A DNA stretch of 63,480 bases, the filler included, from Octopus bimaculoides (Eukaryota), in the NCBI RefSeq assembly GCF_001194135.2. It is 4 parts of 3 records of this genome, joined end to end, with 100 filler letters (N's around TTAATTAATTAA, not from the genome) between each part and the next. Parts side by side here need not be neighbours in the genome. Positions count along the whole stretch, not along the records: positions 31,621 to 47,180 come from NC_068985.1; positions 47,281 to 58,316 come from NC_068987.1; 2 more parts are not named here. The stretch is one strand, 5' to 3'. Shown here in pieces: positions 37,703 through 51,160 of this stretch. Within the stretch, counting starts at the first letter, position 1. Each line of letters opens with the position of its first letter. The notes beneath the pieces are model-generated. The model made no database searches and had not been told where the DNA came from. It saw nothing but the letters and a program-made list of their open reading frames with translations. A program made the position numbers and the translations under genes.

Positions 37703-39239
37703 ATATATAGTTACTCCAAATGTATGAAGATACTATTCATGATATAAAGCAGAATTAACCATAATATTGGTTTCGAGTTTTTTTCTATAAGGCCAGCCAT
37801 TTCGAAGGTAAGTCGATTACATCGACCCTAATGTCCAACTGGTTCTTATTTTATGGATCCCAAAAGGGCTGAAAGGCAAAGTCGACCTCGGCAGAATTTG
37901 GATTCAGAAAGCAAGGACGGATTAAAGGCTGCTAGACATTTTGCCAGGCGTGGTAAAACAATTCTACCAGTTCGCTGCCTTAGTGTTAACCATAGTATCA
38001 ACACCAGCAAAACCGGATTTTCAATCAATGTTTACATCATTTTCCGTTGCTACGTTTCCATACAGCATTTGTTTTAACTGGTATTACAGTTAAACTATAA
38101 TAAATATATCAAATGTCTGAATACGGAAATGCATGTGAAGGCTGTCGGTAGTGTTTTGATTGGTTGAAACGAGAAAAGGGAGAATAAGGGCTATCTACAT
38201 AGGAAATGTTTATTAGAGACCAGTTTTGAATTAGCGACGCAGTATTAAGAGTATTAAAGAGAAATAAAGAGGGAAAGGGCCAGCCGGAAAAAGCTATACT
38301 GAAAGATAATAAAGGAAGGCGGTAAAAGATAAGATACTAAGGAAAAAAGGGAAGACAGGGAAAAAGAAAGGAAACAAACTGCAAATAGTACAAAATAAAG
38401 AAAACAAATAAGTAAAACGTGAAAGGAAGTTAAGTGACTGAAAGAATCAAGACTGGAGTAGAAAGTAGTTAAGTGTACAATGTAGAAGCAAAAGGGAAAA
38501 CATGAAAAGAAAGAGAGAAACAAGAGTTAACTTTAAACTGTAATAGGTATGAATCGATATATTGCTCAAATTATAGTGCTGGTGATGAAATTGTGTAGAA
38601 TAGATAGAATGAGAGTATGAACAACTAAGATATAGACGCGCGAGAGGAGACGAAGTGACTTTTCAAAAATAAGATGCCAGAAGAGGGCTAAATTTAGTGT
38701 AAAATGTAGCAAGTATGTTTAGTGTCAACAAATTGTAGGTCTATGGAGTTTGGTAGTTTTAAGAAAGATATTTTCTTTAATGTGTAAATTTCTTGAAGAT
38801 CATGTGAATGAAGGAATAAATCTATAAATAAATAAATAAAAAATTTAAAATTAATGTAGTGGTTAGATATTAGGTGTTGCTCACAGACTATGAGAAGCGA
38901 GTCTGTGATTAAACTTCCTGTAACTCCAAAAGGTTGCAAGGTAAAGCTAACTGCGGAGGATTTCGGTTTCAAATCTACATACGCCAGCGGTTCAACGAGT
39001 TTACCTTAGAGAATTTATGAAAATCATAAAAATAAGAAAACAATAAGAAAATTGATGGGAATGTAGGAGATACATGTGCGCTTCGAAACAAATAAACAGA
39101 AGGATGGATAGATTCAAATTGTAGAAACATGGTATGGTGAACATTATATACAAAATTACGGTTTGACTCTGTTAGATATAGCATAGGACTAGTAGCTAAG
39201 GACACTAGGAAGGAAAGACAGTAGTTAAGACATTAGAAG

Positions 39240-41765
39240 AAACAATGAGGTCTTGTTCTGCAACATTCGTGTTGGTAACGAGACTGGAATTAAACAAGTG
39301 CCTCGAATAAAAACACATGGGAAGCATTATCAGAATTAGAACTCGTGCAATGGGATGCAAGGGAATCAAGGCCAGTGGAGGGGCCCGAGTGGTAGAAGCT
39401 CAACTTGGCAATAATGCCACAGTAAGATCATTCACGAATCAACAAGGTAAGTTGGTAAAAGAACCAGATGAGATGTGCGCAGCCTTTCAGGAGCACTTAG
39501 CTCAGCTTTTCAGGAGAAACGATGGACCGGAGAGTCGGAGGTACCTTACGGACTTCCTCGCCGGGCTGTTGCGTCTATCGGGGAGAGAAGCGGAGGGCTT
39601 GGAAGGGCCAATCACAGCTGTGGAGGTGGAGGCTGCTATGGTGGACTGCAGCGAGAACAAAGCACCGGGACTTCATGGTCTACCCTATGAATTATATAAT
39701 AGTATTCCAGACTTGTTCGGAAACCTGTCAGCGGGCGTCATTACGGACTTGCGGCTGAATGGGTTCATTCCCAGATCTGTATGTCGGGTACTGGTTAGGA
39801 AGGACCCGAACAAGGGGGCTTCATTAGTTAATTTTCGGCCCATCACTCTGTAATACACAGAGTTGAAGATTTTGGCCAAGGTTTTAGTGAAAAGTATGGC
39901 ACGTGAAGCGGATGGTCTCGTTAGGGAACCTGTACTATTCCCTGCAAAACCATTCATGACAATCTCCACTTTATACATTATACCTTAGAGGAGATAAATA
40001 ATAACCTGGCAATGATCTGTTTAGACCAAGCTGAGGTTTTCTAGAGGGTTGACCATCGGTACCTGGTGTCGGTCCTCGCAGCATCGGCTTGGGTCCGAAA
40101 TTCCTTGGCTAAATCATCGCCGAAAGTTCGGGTGAACGGTTTCTTTTCCAAGCAGTTCTATATTACACGATGGGTTTGTCAAGGGTACCCTCCCCCCCCC
40201 CACTTTGTATGTGTTGAGTCTTGAATCATTCCTGCAAAGGTTGGAGGTGATGAGGAGCTTCCCGAGAGAAAAAGGATGTGGAGTGTCGGTAACAGCGAAC
40301 GCGGACGACATTATCATCGTCGTATCCGAAGTGGAACACCTACAAAGGGTAGGCGATGCTATTAAGGAATACGAGACGGTTAATCGTGAAAAGTCAATCG
40401 GCTTGCAAATCGGCACCTGGAGGGGCAAGCCGGTACCTCCCGACAGCGTTATAGGACGTTGGACGGAGGGTCCCATTAAACTTCTAGGCGTCTGGTTCGG
40501 TTCGGAACTGCAGATACAGAAGATTTGGAGTGAGGTACTGAGCAGGGTGACCCATCTAACTCAGACCTGGTCTGGGCGGTGGCTATTTCTGAAAGGGAAG
40601 GCGGAGGTTAGCGATGGGTTTATCGCATCGGTGATTACCTATCGTCGTGCTTTGTCCCGATTTGTGGCTGATCAAGTTGTAACGAGTGCTCTTTCACTGT
40701 TTGTGGAAGGGCACAGGACGACTTGTAAAGTGCTCTACCTACTGCCAAAAACCTTTAAAGGGCGAACTAGGGATGCCGTGGATGATAATGCGATGGCATG
40801 TGCTGCGGCTAAGACATCTGTGGATCTACTGGAATCGAAGTTGGGTACATGGTACACTGAGTGCCAAAAGGCACTTGTACTATTCTATCACTCGGGCAAT
40901 GCTATCGGTGAGGGTTCAACCGTATCATTCTATATAAGGATGGTAGAGTCGAAGTGTAATGATACCAGAGGGGAGATCCTGGGCCTCGATGATAATCATC
41001 TCACCAGCCTGTTCCGAAGAACATTCGAGTTGAGGGCCCTGGATAACTTCCAGACGTTCTTGACCTTGCAATATTATCGGGGGGGGGGGTACCTGTTCGG
41101 GATAAGCTCATAAGCATGGTTACTCCAGCTGGCCGACTTGCCCAACATGCGAGCAGGATAAGGAAACTGTCCTGCATTCGATGTACAATGTTCGGGTGAG
41201 TCAGATCTGTGGGCTTCTGTCGAACTACTGTTGTCAAATGTTGGAAGAGTACAGCTGCCCGATGAGTCAATTGTAAAAGCTGACCCACCTGCCTCTCTAA
41301 GTAAAGAAGGTAAGAATTGTTTTCTCATTGTAGTAGCAATTGCGAAAGAGACTGTATGGAAAACTAGAATGAAACGTTGCGTGACCAGCAATTTCATCTA
41401 TGGCCCCACATTGGTAACTTTTTTCACCTTTCACTTGAAAAAGAAGATAGGGCTGGAGAAAAGATGCCTGTCAGTGGAAGTGACTGTCAGCTGTTTGCGG
41501 AAAGATGGAATAGTGTAGCACGAATGTTCAGAACGTATGTTCCAGCAAGAATAAATCCTACAGTGGTGAAATGGAGCTTGTGGGGTCCAAGTAGAATTCG
41601 TCCCACCCCAGTTTCATTGCATATGATTTTATTTTTGTCCAATTCATTCGATTTTATTATATTTGATTTTTTTTTTAATCGTAGATCTCATTGATATATC
41701 ATCCGACCCCATCAGTTGTATCCTCCCCTCTTTGTGGGCCACCAGTGGGCAATAAAAACAAATTA
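39240..41765 (+). mobile_element. 5'-truncated Tx1/L1-clade LINE (linker, RT, C-terminus, 3'UTR with AATAAA); inactive
   Basis: NKAPGLHGLPYELY, KDPNKGASLVNFRPITL, ANADDIIIVVS, IKLLGVWFG, WSGRWLFLKGKAEV. Frameshifted throughout. Confidence 0.85.
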
Positions 41766-42295
41766 AATGTGAAGTTTTCTCTTGCTGAAAAAACGTATTG
41801 CTGTTGGATTTCCTTACTGGATTGTACATTAACGATGTGAAGCAGCATCCTTTGAAACGATCGTAGAGATGAGCTTCAATGGACTCTGTTCTGGTTTCCT
41901 TACAAATTATTTTTTATATTTATACTCTTGTGTTTTTAGGTCCATTGCCTTAAATTTTTTATTGCATTTCTTATGTATGAATTTATTCCATATATTTCTC
42001 TTCATTCCACTTCACTCGTAAAACACTTTTAGGTTTTATCACCTTTTATTCGTGTATATTTGTATATTGTGTAGTATTGGGTTTTACCGTTGGGTGTTCT
42101 ATTATTTTAACATGTATATTTATATTCAATTCTGTGAATGATATAAACTTGTTTTGACCGATGGGTGTGTTATTTCTACTTTCGCTTCGGTTTCACCGTA
42201 GCACTTCCAGCTGCAGTCCTATTTTTTTTTTTATTTTTGCGCTTCCGTTTAACGAAATCGTCTTTCGGTGTAACAAAGTCAAAAAATTGCCCTCT

Positions 42296-42338
<43 letters not shown>

Positions 42339-42479
42339 ATAAATATATATATATACATACATACATACATACATACATACACACACATACATACATAGAT
42401 ACNNNNNNNNNNNNNNNNNNNNNNNNNNNNNNNNNNNNNNNNNNNNNNNNNNNNNNNNNNNNNNNNNNNNNNNNNNNNN

Positions 42480-42515
<36 letters not shown>

Positions 42516-43263
42516 ATAAATATATATATACATACATACATACACACACACACATACATAGATACCTATATATATACATGTATATATAACTGTATATTTA
42601 TGCACAGCCACACGTGTGTATATTTACGTATGTAGTTATGCATATATATTATGCACATATGTGTACTGCTTGTTTTCATGGAACATGTCTTTCCATCGCT
42701 AATGAAATACCACCAGAGGTTTGCACGAAGGGCTACTGATCCTTCCTTTCCACTCCATGAATAGATTGCATATAAACACAAGTTGTTTACATCAGTCAAC
42801 TATATTCAGCTTCGGAGAAAATCCATTGATTCATCCCGTGCGGCCATGCACACTCACACACTTATACACACAAATACAACTACATATGGAATATGTCTTC
42901 TTATACTCGTATATTCAGTAGATATACACAAATTCTAAAGTGCAACAAATTATATTTTCCGACCATACTTTATTTGTTTCAAGTATTTCTTTGTATTTAT
43001 TTTTGATTTTCACTGTTTAATACATCGAGGGTTGTGTCGAAATGTCAAGTGGCAAATCTTACGGCTGCCCTTCAAATTTCAACGAAGTAGAATCATTGCT
43101 AATCTGAAGCAATTTCCACCATAAATATAGTTGGCTAGACACTTGTAAACTGAAAATGTTCCCTTGTAATTGTATCCAACGAAATGAGTGTGAATTTGAA
43201 GACAGAGTGGGTTGTAGGTCTGTTTGTGTGTGTATGTGTGTGTATGTGTGTGTGTATGTGTGT

Positions 43264-43294
<31 letters not shown>

Positions 43295-44944
43295 CATCCG
43301 TGATTTTGTGTATGCGCTTGTGTGTCCGTGCCTTTGTGTGTCTTTTTGTGTGCATGAATGTAGATCACTATATACATAACAATGTATGTATATTTCCTGT
43401 ATGCATGTGAAGAGGTGCTGTATACATTTCTTCTTTTCCACTCAAAAAACATTACAACGGTCTTCCAACTTATCAACATACACTTCATTACGATAATTAT
43501 CTACCTTATCTATAATAGTAACTGCAGTACTAGCTGAAACAACCTCCTCATCATGATCAACTTAGATACCGCCACTGTTCAACGACAACCACCACCAACA
43601 CCAACACCACCGCCACCATCATTGTAACTATTTTAATCACCATCACCACTAATAAGACAATAAAAGCAAGAACACCACTATACCGTTGCCGAGAGCAACA
43701 CATAAACAATGATTTACCTCAATTATGATCATCCCCATGACTACTGTAGCCACTACACTACCGCTCTCATTATTCTCACTGCTATTGACACGTGTAGTCA
43801 CATCCGTTATTACAAATAACGTCACCATGACCCCGACGACGTCTACAATCACTCAGCGCCTCTAATATGGAGAGAATGAACTGATATACGTACTTTTCTC
43901 ACTGGATGAAATGATATACCCGCATTTCCGAAAACTATTATCCACTGCCTTAAAAGTGATAACTAAAATTAGCTTGAAACAGTATTGGTTTGAAGTTTTG
44001 GAACACAGTCATTAATTTCGGGGGCAGGTGTAAGTCGATTACATCGTCCCTATTGGCCAACTGATACTTATTTAATCATACGCGAAAGAATTGAAGGTAA
44101 AGTGAACCAAGGCGGAATTTGAACTCTGTTGGTAAAGACGGATGACATGGCACTAAGCATTTTGTCCGGCGTGCTAACGATTCACCCTGCTCGCTGCCCT
44201 ACTAGCTTGAGTAATATTGATATATAACTAAAAAAAAAAATACTGGATGGTCACGGTAGGAGTACTTTGATTATATGTTTACTCCAACAGGATCCAGTCG
44301 GCACTGGAATGCTGTAACATCACTAAACAAAACCAGACACAATGTTACTGATTTGCAAGGCTTGAAATTGTCTATTGAAAATTAATGGTATTAAACGTAG
44401 CAGAAATCACAGGATTTATGAAAACAAGGAGGATCGTAATACAATCACTAAAAATAAGCAACAAATCTAGGCAAATATTCTGCCTTCTTTTCTTCTAATC
44501 ATCTCCTCTTCCTAGTTCCTTACCTTAAAATCATCATAACTATCATCACCGTCATCTTCACCATTATCTAGTGTGATGTAGACATCTAGTAATTGCTAGA
44601 GCAAGGGCTGAAAGTTAGCTTGTACACGATTTGGTTAACTTAGTAATGATCAAGAAAACAACGCACTAACTAGTTTTGTAAGCTTACCTACAATTTTATC
44701 AATATGAAACCATCTAAGCGCTAGGAAATAATGTTTATTTAAATTTCATTCAAAGATATGAATCATAAGCTTTTATGGGTGAGATTGGGTGCCTCTCTTT
44801 GAATTTTGTACCTTTAATTGTATGTGACAAATTTCCCTTTCGGTGTGGTCCCTTTATTTTTTTCTCATTGCAGATATCAGTTTTACGACAACTTTGTCAT
44901 AGACTTCACAGTACTACTTCTGTTGCTGCTGCTAATAAACATAC

Positions 44945-45006
<62 letters not shown>

Positions 45007-45525
45007 NNNNNNNNNNNNNNNNNNNNNNNNNNNNNNNNNNNNNNNNNNNNNNNNNNNNNNNNNNNNNNNNNNNNNNNNNNNNNNNNNNNNNNNNNNNNNN
45101 NNNNNNNNNNNNNNNNNNNNNNNNNNNNNNNNNNNNNNNNNNNNNNNNNNNNNNNNNNNNNNNNNNNNNNNNNNNNNNNNNNNNNNNNNNNNNNNNNNNN
45201 NNNNNNNNNNNNNNNNNNNNNNNNNNNNNNNNNNNNNNNNNNNNNNNNNNNNNNNNNNNNNNNNNNNNNNNNNNNNNNNNNNNNNNNNNNNNNNNNNNNN
45301 NNNNNNNNNNNNNNNNNNNNNNNNNNNNNNNNNNNNNNNNNNNNNNNNNNNNNNNNNNNNNNNNNNNNNNGAGGAGGAGGATGAGGAGAGAAGGACGTGG
45401 TGGAGGAGGAGGAGGAGGAGAAGGAGAGGAGGAGAGGAGGAGGAGGATGAGAAAGAAGAAGGAGAAAAAGAAGAAGAAGAAGAAGAAGAAGAAGAAGAAG
45501 AAGAAGAAGAAGAAGAAGAAGAAGA
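44945..45525. repeat. (GAT)n, gap, (GAG)n and (AAG)n microsatellites
   Basis: Directly visible. Confidence 0.95.
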
Positions 45526-46835
45526 TTACAACTAAGAAAATTACCTTAGGTGTCTCCACTGTTGTGTTTCTGATGTCCTCAGACTTTCATCTGACATATG
45601 GAAACATTTGAAACATACGAAGGTGCTGCGGTTACTACATTGCATACATTGAGTGAATTTTCTCGAATACTGGTGTCTCTGTGTATCTATTTATAACATA
45701 ACATTATCCTGTATTGCGAAATTATAACAATGGGCACCAGGTTATTGACAGCCAGATATTCTGTATATACCGAATAATAATAGCATCAACTTAAACTACA
45801 ATAGACAAGGTTAGTTTTGAAGAACGAGAGGATTTACTGAAGTAGAGAACAATTCATATTTGACATATACACTATACATCACGTAAGGTGTTCTGCCTTT
45901 CGTCCTTTTCTTTTGTGCTTTGTTTTTCTATTCAACCTTTAATTTCATATACCTTTTTAATCCTACTTCTTTATTTCTTTCTGTGTCAGCGGTTTTATAT
46001 TTTTTTGTTTCCTTTTTCTGTCTTTTCTTCTTAGTTTGTAATTTGACATCCAGAGGCACACATTCTAGTGTTGAATCGTTAGTGTAAATATGAGTTTCGA
46101 CTGATCTGATGGGTTAGCTTCCCTTCTTTACACTGATTTCCGAATGTAAAATTACAGTGTATAATGCCAAGCCTACATATCATTGCAAACATGCAGCATA
46201 AGTTTATCCAAACTCAAAGTATTACTACATGAAGAAGGCTGCGAAACGGTTGTAATCCTATGATAGTCATGTGTCTAAATACTCATATATTCGCACACTT
46301 ATAGTTTGTATATTCCTCATGTGATTAATTACATCGATCGGATCTAAAGATTTTCAGCAGAATGGACACTGAATTACACGTCGTTTATTGGATTACTATA
46401 TATAAGCTATGATAGCAACAAAATTCTCTAAACCCATATCTTACGCTACAAATTTTGATATTTATGTATATAAGAAAATAGAGTTTGAATACAGTAAAAT
46501 CTACCTATTTACATAACTGTTAATTACATTATGCCTACGATCATTCCAATATCTACCTTCATTCATTTTACAATTAATTATTGCATTATGAACTTTAAAA
46601 AAAACACTGGTTAAAATCTAGCCATGCATTATGAATTTCAGAGAAAACACTGGTGAAGATCCAGCCCTGTACATTGTGATACATAGAGAATCATAATTCT
46701 ATTAAAATATATACAATTAATTTAATAAAACAACACATATTAACCCGAAACACCAGCAAAAAGCTAATAAGCCTAGAAAATAAAAATAATAAATTATGCC
46801 ATCAATTCTCCAAACTTAATTATATAAATAGAAAT

Positions 46836-46866
<31 letters not shown>

Positions 46867-46869
<3 letters not shown>

Positions 46870-47180
46870 CCTAAATTAAGGCTTATTTGCCCGGCTAAGT
46901 CGGATATAGGGACACTAAGCAAAAGTATATTAGATAAGTATATCCCTGTAATAATTGGAAAACTTAAGCTGCAACTGTGGTCCAATTCTAAGCAAGTAAT
47001 AGATTGGTTCAATTCTATTAGTGATAAAGATAATGTCAAATTTATACAATTTGATATAGCTAATTTCTATCCCTCAATTAATCCTTCTGTTCTTAATAAA
47101 GCATTGTGGTTTATGCACAATAAAGCTGGGCTTTCTAGAGAAGAGATTAATGTAGTTTTAGCTGCCAGGAAATCTTTTAT
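46867..47180 (+). mobile_element. Penelope-like element RT fragment (possibly Naiad-type), open up to the gap
   Basis: Not in the ORF track (no Met before the core). Reads DPKLRLICPAKSDIGTLSKSILDK...QLWSNSKQVIDWFNSI...KFIQFDIANFYPSI...AARKSF with no stop; FDI.NFYPSI is the PLE RT motif A. Confidence 0.75.
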
Positions 47181-47282
47181 NNNNNNNNNNNNNNNNNNNN
47201 NNNNNNNNNNNNNNNNNNNNNNNNTTAATTAATTAANNNNNNNNNNNNNNNNNNNNNNNNNNNNNNNNNNNNNNNNNNNNAA

Positions 47283-48330
47283 ATTAAAGAATGAATGAAT
47301 GAATGAAAAGGAAAGGAAAGAGGGAAGGAAGGGAGGAATAAGAAAGGAGAAAACGAATGAGAGAAAGAACGATAGAAAGAGGTAGAGGGAGGAAGGAAGG
47401 AAGGAAGGAAGGAAGGAAGGAAGGAGGGAAGGAAGGAAGGAAGGAAGGACGGAAGGAAGGAAGGAAGGAAGGAAATAAGGAAGGAAGGAAGGAAGGAAGG
47501 ATAGAAGACAGAAAGAAAGAAAGAAAACGAATGAGAGAAAGAACAATAGAAAGAGAAGGAAGGAAAGAAGGAAAAGAAAAAAAGAAGAAAGAAAGAAAGA
47601 AAGAAAAGAGGAAAAGAAAGAAGAAAGAAAAAAATAAAGAAAGAAAGAAAGAAATAGGAGGGAAGAATGAAAGAAAGAAAGAAAGAAAGAAAGAGAGAAG
47701 CAAGGAAAGAAAAAGGGTAAGAAAGAAGAAAAAAGGAAAGAAAAGAAAGAAAGAATGAATGAATGAACGAATAAATGAATGAAAGGGTAGAAAGGAGGAA
47801 GAAGGAAATAGGAAGGAAACAGTGTCAGCGCATGTGATTTTATGTGGCAAAACAGGAATGAGTATGAGAGAGAGAGAGAGAGAGAGGGGGGGAGAAAACG
47901 AAAGAATATGAATGAAAGAGCGAGAGAGGGAGAGAAGGGGGAAGAGAGAATGATTTAAGAAATGATAGAGAGCCAGAGAGAGGGAAAAGAGAGGGAGAGA
48001 ATGAGAGAGAGAGAGAGGGGAAGGTATGTGGAAATAAGAGACACGGCTGAAAGTAGAAAGTGAAAATGAAAGTGAAACAAAAGTGAAAATGTTGGAAGAT
48101 GAAGAGAGTCGCGTGAAGAATTGAGAGAGGAACAGAATGAGAGAAAGAAGGGGTAAGGAGAGATATAGTGACAAATTGGTGGAGAAAGGAGGGAGAGGAA
48201 GACAGGGAGTCAGAGACAGAGACTGAGAGAGTGAATAAGAGTGAGAGAGAGAGTGATTGAGAGCTAGATGAAGAAAGAAACAGAAAGATTCAAGAATAGA
48301 GAGAAAGAAAAGAAGAAAGAACGCGCGGGG
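47283..48330. repeat. ~1-kb polypurine tract ((GGAA)n, (GAAA)n, (GA)n)
   Basis: Directly visible; strongly purine-biased on the plus strand. Confidence 0.9.
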
Positions 48331-48437
48331 ATGGGGAAAGATGCGTGTGTGCAATCTAGTGCGCGCGCGTGCGTTATGTGCTCGCAGTAGAAACAGAGCT
48401 GAAACACTCTAAATAAAATCGATTTTCCTTCCCGATA

Positions 48438-48506
48438 GCCCCGCCCATACAGCATCCACCTAGCTACTTCCCATCATGCACCACACAGTCATCTCCGAAA
48501 TAAATA
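48438..48506 (+). promoter_or_regulatory. Upstream elements of tRNA-Ala: GC box, Staf/ZNF143 site, TATA-like element
   Basis: GCCCCGCCC at 48438-48446. CTTCCCATCATGCACCACA at 48467-48485 matches the Staf consensus YYWCCCRNMATSCMYYRCR at all 19 positions. AAATAAATA at 48498-48506, about -37 to -29. Confidence 0.55.
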
Positions 48507-48534
48507 CGTCTATGGAAAGATCTTCCAGCATATT

Positions 48535-48606
48535 GGGGATATAGCTCAGTGGTAGAGCGTTCGCTTCGCAAGCGAAAGGCCCCGGGTTCGAGACCCGGTA
48601 TCTCCA
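48535..48606 (+). tRNA. tRNA-Ala (anticodon CGC)
   Basis: GGGGATA/TATCTCC acceptor stem with the G3:U70 alanine identity pair and discriminator A; D arm AGCTCAGTGGTAGAGC; anticodon stem TTCGC/GCGAA with loop TTCGCAA; T arm CCGGG-TTCGAGA-CCCGG. All stems pair; T5 run at 48661-48665. Confidence 0.95.
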
Positions 48607-49753
48607 AATTCATTCTTTATACATCCATTTACAAAATTTCTTCTCTTAAATTAATTTATCTTTTTAAGAAAATAACTTAATTTTATGCATTATGTTTTTT
48701 TCTTTTGTTTGTATTTTTCTATGTTATTTTATATGTTTCTGTATTCATATACTTGTGTTTGAGATTTTGTGTCTGTGCATATAAATATATACATCTATGT
48801 ATATGTATGTATATATATATATATATGTATATGTATATATGTATGTATATATGTATATATATCTTTTATCTTTTACTTGTTTCAGTCATTAGACGGAGTA
48901 CCACCTTCATGAGTTAACAAATCGAAACAAACACTTCTTATAAATGTTTGGTACTTATTCCATCGTTCTTTTTTGCCGAAGCGCTAAGTTACGGGGGCAA
49001 AAACGCAAATACATACATGCAGATATATATATAGAGAGAGGGGGGGGGAGAAACGCATACACACGCACGCACAGACACACACATATACATATATATATAT
49101 TCATATATATATTCATATATATACTCATATNNNNNNNNNNNNNNNNNNNNNNNNNNNNNNNNNNNNNNNNNNNNNNNNNNNNNNNNNNNNNNNNNNNNNN
49201 NNNNNNNNNNNNNNNNNNNNNNNNNNNNNNNNNNNNNNNNNNNNNNNNNNNNNNNNNNNNNNNNNNNNNNNNNNNNNNNNNNNNNNNNNNNNNNNNNNNN
49301 NNNNNNNNNNNNNNNNNNNNNNNNNNNNNNNNNNNNNNNNNNNNNNNNNNNNNNNNNNNNNNNNNNNNNNNNNNNNNNNNNNNNNNNNNNNNNNNNNNNN
49401 NNNNNNNNNNNNNNNNNNNNNNNNNNNNNNNNNNNNNNNNNNNNNNNNNNNNNNNNNNNNNNNNNNNNNNNNNNNNNNNNNNNNNNNNNNNNNNNNNNNN
49501 NNNNNNNNNNNNNNNNNNNNNNNNNNNNNNNNNNNNNNNNNNNNNNNNNNNNNNNNNNNNNNNNNNNNNNNNNNNNNNNNNNNNNNNNNNNNNNNNNNNN
49601 NNNNNNNNNNNNNNNNNNNNNNNNNNNNNNNNNNNNNNNNNNNNNNNNNNNNNNNNNNNNNNNAACTCAGAACGTAGCGGGTAGACGAAATACCGCTAAG
49701 CATTTCGCCCGGTGTGCTAACGGTTCTGCCAGCTCGCCGCTGTGTGTGTGTGT

Positions 49754-49793
<40 letters not shown>

Positions 49794-50088
49794 TTTTGTT
49801 CCTTGCCACTATTTGATAATCGGTGTTGGTTTGTTAACATCCCCATAACTTAGCGATTCGGGAAAGTGAAACTGAAATCCCATTGTGTCCGACGAAGGAT
49901 GGCATAGAAATCCTTTGGGTCTAACAATACAAGTGTGTTCTGGCCAATATGTATACGTCTCTCATTTGGTCATTACAGTCACTGGATTGCGGCCATGCTG
50001 GGGCACCACCCTGGAGGATTTTAGTCAAGCAGATCAAGTCTCTCTCCCTCTCTCTTCTTCACACACACACACACACGTATACTCCGAT

Positions 50089-50124
<36 letters not shown>

Positions 50125-50150
50125 CAACGAAACTGAAAGAAGCCCGTCAC

Positions 50151-50183
<33 letters not shown>

Positions 50184-51129
50184 TGTATGTATGTATGTAT
50201 GCATGTATGTATGTATGTGTGTGTGTATGTGTTTGTCCACCAACATCGCTTGACAACCGATGCTGGTGTGTTTACGTCCCCCTAAAATCAGCTACATATG
50301 TGGGAAATATGTCTGTGGGTGTGTTTGTGGAGTTGTCCCCCACCACCGTTTGACAAGCGGTGTTGGTGTGTTTACGTCCACATAACGTAGCAGTTCGGCA
50401 AAAGTAATCGATGGAGTTAGTACCAGGCTCATTTAAAAAGAAGAAAAAAATGACTGGTGTGGATTCATTCGACTAAGAATTCTTCATCGCTTTGCTCCAG
50501 CATGGTCGCAGTATGACGACTGAAACAAGTCAAGGGGTGGCCACGGGGCCGCCTGAGACCTACTCTGTCACCATCACCCAAATACAAAAACCGTCGCCTT
50601 AGATTTGAACAATTCAGGGGAGACGACTCTTCTAACCCAGGCAGCAATTTCCATACAGTTGCTAGGATACAGAGCTGACTCGAGAGAGAGAGGTTCCTAC
50701 AAGAACAGCCGGTAATTTCTCAATGCTCCTGCCGAAAGTTCCAATAAGTTCAATGAATGGTACCTACCTCTTCAGAAGTATTTACACAGGAGTCTAGTTG
50801 CCATTAATTAAATCCCAGGCTTAACTCAGCTGCTTTCCGTTTGTCCCGCTCATCAAGATTTCCAAAACCGCAGACCTAAGCGTTCGTCCACCTAAAACTG
50901 CAAACGTTCTTTAGGTTTATCTGGTTATGCCATCGGACACTTGGTCAGAGGACCTGCGCTGGTCAACGCTTATCTCCACGCCCCAGAAAGTGCAACACTC
51001 CGTAGTCGGAGTGAGACTACTGGACAGGGTTTCGATTTCCTAGTAGGGGTCTTGAGGAACCCTTCGTAACACCTTCTGGACATTTAGCGAGAGTTCCTGT
51101 GTAGCTAAGAGAGGACATACATCTATACA

Positions 51130-51160
<31 letters not shown>

